A stretch of DNA of 64,000 bases, taken from the human T2T-CHM13v2.0 reference genome, Homo sapiens. Positions within the stretch are counted from its first letter, which is position 1. The number at the start of each line of letters is the position of its first letter. A program made the position numbers and the translations under genes. The notes beneath the pieces were generated by a model that was not told the DNA's origin, did no database searches, and saw only the letters and a list, made by a program, of their open reading frames with translations. The stretch is taken from the NCBI RefSeq assembly GCF_009914755.1, contig NC_060946.1, one strand, 5' to 3'. Shown in pieces: positions 30,201-64,000 of this stretch.

Positions 30201-30814
30201 ATCAGCCCCAAGATGGGACTCCAAATGTGAGCCAAGTTATCTCTTACCCCAAAGAAGACCTGCTTCAGGGCTCAGCCAGTGGGTGGCAGTGTGGTCTGGT
30301 GGGTAAACTCATAGACAGCTGCCCATCACTCACTAGCCGTGAGCCCCACACCTGGGGACAATAAGGCTTCCTCCTGGGTGGCAGAGAGGATCGCAACAGA
30401 CAATACAAGCAAAACGCTTAGCACAGCGCCTGGCGCACAGTCAGCATGGGGAACGGAAGCTGCTGTCGTTACTGGCGGTTGTGGTCTGGTCTTGGCAGTG
30501 GAAAGGACCAGGCCCCCAGGGGGGAGGCCCCGCCCGCAGGGACAGGCCCTGAGACCTCAAGCTAGCCGGCCCCTCTCCTCTCAGTTTCAGCAAACATTGA
30601 AACCTCGAATAATCAAAACCCCAGGCCCCCACGGCATTTCCTGCCTTTCCACTCAACTAGGAAAGAGGACCAGAAAGCCGGCTGTCATCCAACAGGAAAG
30701 TGAGCCCTTAAACGGGGGCTTCAGCTGTGCCCCAGGGCCACTGAAGGGGAGACCTGACGTTTTCACACTTTCCCAGAAGCTCAGACTCTTGAGCCAGAGG
30801 GACCTTAAAAGTCC

Positions 30815-31118
<304 letters not shown>

Positions 31119-32689
31119 TCAGAGAGGGGAAGTGACTTGTCTTGGGTCACACAGCTCCCAGAGGTTGCTCTGGAATTGACACCCTGGCCTATGGGTCACA
31201 TGGCTTGTGGGGTGTATCCATCAGGCCACACAGCCACAAGGTGATAAATAGTGATAAATAAATCTATATTTATTTATCCGGGTCTACAGTGATAAATAAA
31301 TACCCTGGACCCGGGAATCCCAGCCTCAGTAAGGACAGGCCCCTCTCTGATGTGAAAATGTTGATAACAGCTTTTACCAGGAGAGTCTCTTGCTGGGGAA
31401 ATTCTGCAGCGGCCTGAGTCTGCCACAAGTTTGATGGCATTGGTTAAGAAATGTGGATGCCATTAATCGCAGGAGCATCTCAGACATGTTGCAAACAGAC
31501 CTAGCAGTGCCTCCTCATTCTGTGGCACCCATCTGACACCCTAGACACCTCTCAGTCCCTCCAAGGCATTATCCAGTGCTTCTCCTTCCTAAACAGCTGC
31601 ATGTTTGAGCTTCCTAAACAGCTCAAAGCACCCCTGGGGTGATGGGTTTTTATCTGGGCCGCTTGATTGGGGTTTCAGACAGGCCTGGCATCCTCTTGGG
31701 GGCATGGCTCCTCAGGAGTGACGAATTATCCAGGGTGTTAAGTCACTGATCTAGCTGTGTCAAAAACAAGGGCTAACCAGAGAGGTACAAAGCTGCATTT
31801 CTTGGAGGTCAGAGAGATGGCACAGGAGATGTGCCAAAATTTCACGTGAAAAGGAGGGCAACAGCTCCCCAAGGGGGCAACATTGGCACCATGGTGATGT
31901 CGCTGGAGGGAGAGGGAGCCCTTGGGGGACTATGTGAAGTAGGGGAGAGTGGGTGACAGGCCATTACCATGATATCTCAATCCTTCCCACACTCCTGTAA
32001 CGAATGTACAACTGTCCTCCCTGCAAAAGAAACACTGAGGCTGCGAGAGGGGCAAGACTTGCCTGAGCTAACTGGAGCAGAAGTAGCAGAGGCAGGGTTT
32101 GAACCCAGCTCTCACTACCTGTCCCTTGGGACAGGGCAACAGCTTTCTCTATGTGGACACACTGGTGATGGATCCCCCGTCCTGCCTGCCTGCCTGCCTA
32201 TGGTGGCCTATGCTGCCTGCCCCTGGTGAGTCCAGGAGGGGCAATCCAGTGACTGGCAGATCCTTTCTGGGGAGTGTTTCTAGAAGGGACCGTGGGTCTG
32301 GACAAGCCATAACAGGAAGTAGCCAAGCTGGGCAAGGGCTTCCCCAGCCCAGGCCTAACTACTGCCCATCGATCCAGGCAGAAGGCGGGGTTAGAGACTG
32401 CCCTGGGAGATTGGGGGTCTGGGTCCCCTCTGATGAGAGCTCTGGTCTCTCCCTATAAACACACACTCCTATCACAGACACACACATAACACACATGCAC
32501 ATAAATCCACATCAAGCATGCACACACATCCATCATACACACATACGACACACACATGCACCCCTGCACACACACACTACGCTTACATATACCTTTGTGG
32601 GATGTAGAGCCATTCCTCCAGAAGCCCATCCATGTACCCCAGATGAAACCACCCAACACCAATTCTTACCTTGTTACATATGGTGAAAT

Positions 32690-33060
32690 CAAGGCATAGA
32701 CCGAAGTGCTGTGGTTAAGAGCTGATACTCTCCGAAGTCAGGCGATCTGGGTACAAATCCTGGCTCTGCCAAACCCCTGCCACGGTGCTTTAGGTAAATG
32801 ACAGCTCCTTTCTGTGGCTTAGTTTCTCCACCTGTAAAATGAGAATAAGAACAGACTCTGCACTTATGGGGTCAGCCCAGATCTCCTCCTAGGGAGACTG
32901 CGAGTGCCTGGGCCTCAGTTTTCTCTTCTGTAAAATGGGGATATTGTGCCCAGTTCGAGCAGAGTGGCTTGAAGAGTCACCTGAGATAGGATGTGAAGTG
33001 GCCGCGGTGAGGTGCCCAATACACGTGGCGCGCACTGCTCAGGAAGCTTTCCTTGGAGGG
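32690..33060 (+). mobile_element. Two MIR fragments just upstream of the CpG island
   Basis: ttagtttctccacctgtaaaatgagaataa and cctcagttttctcttctgtaaaatggggata core matches. Confidence 0.7.
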
Positions 33061-33548
33061 CTGGATCCCGCAAAGGTGTCGAAAAAGGATGAGTCCCGGA
33101 TATCATTCGCTCAGGTGAGGTGGGTTCGGGTCCCGGCTGCGTCTGGGACCGTGGCCCGGGCCTCAGTTTCCCAGTCTACAGCCCGTGGGAGGACACCTCG
33201 GAGCTGGCACCCCGCCCCCAAAAGGGCCCCGCGGCGCAGGGCGTGGGGCTCAGGTGGACACCTGGCGGGCCTCCTGGCGGGGGCGCCCTGGCCGCCCGGG
33301 CCCCTCCGGGCTCCTTCCGGGTTGGCAGCGGCGGCGCAGGGGGCGGGGGGCAGCGCAGAGGGGCCGGGCGAGGCCGGGAGCGCGCGCCCCCGCCCCCGCC
33401 CGCCCGCCTCCTGCCCGCCCTCCGGCCGCGGAGCTGGAAACCGGGCTCCGCGCGTCCGGGGCGGCTGGCGGCGCGGGCAGGCAGGCGGGGAGGACAGGCT
33501 GGGGGCGGCGACCGCGAGGGGCCGCGCGCGGAGGGCGCCTGGTGCAGC

Positions 33549-61847
<28,299 letters not shown>

Positions 61848-62119
61848 GTAAGTGTTGCTGTCTGTCCCGCATTCATCCCTGCAGGATCCCTTAGTCCCAG
61901 ATTCCTCCTGTGACTCCATCCCCTGCAACCAGAGCTTCTAACCCTCCCTGTCTTGTCATTTATTTTCAGATGCTCCCTGTCTCTGAGACTCATTGTCCTC
62001 TTTGGATTAGGCTGCCTCTGTCTCTCTCACTCTGGCTCTCTGTTTCTCTGTATCTCTCTCTTTCCCTCTGTATGTCTGTCTCTTTGACTCTGTATTTCAT
62101 TTACACTCTATCTCTCCAA

Positions 62120-64000
<1,881 letters not shown>

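Noticed and set aside
33120-33548. In-frame N-terminal extension of EMID1 from an upstream GTG/CTG
   Set aside because: No upstream ATG; the ATG at 33549 has strong Kozak context and directly precedes the signal peptide.

Overview
Primate, almost certainly human, genomic DNA: about 60 Alu elements or fragments plus L1, MIR, L2, MLT1, Tigger and Charlie repeats. The right half holds the 5' part of EMID1 (EMI domain-containing protein 1, EMU1) on the + strand, identified from memory of the protein. It has a CpG-island promoter at about 33 kb and 12 coding exons between 33549 and 61847, all with GT-AG introns. These join in frame to 1074 nt (358 aa): signal peptide, EMI domain, short coiled coil, Pro-rich linker and interrupted Gly-X-Y collagen region. 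The gene runs past the window end. The left 33 kb is repeat-rich intergenic DNA with a 3'-truncated U6 snRNA pseudogene and traces of old rearrangements. I found no convincing new gene or new multi-gene system. The best leads concern EMID1 splicing and structure: a candidate UG-repeat-associated poison exon in intron 1, a stop-free 105-nt intron 11, a 6-nt tandem acceptor at exon 4, and a 143-bp direct repeat bracketing exon 4. Repeat boundaries and subfamilies were assigned by eye and are approximate; exon boundaries were counted base by base.
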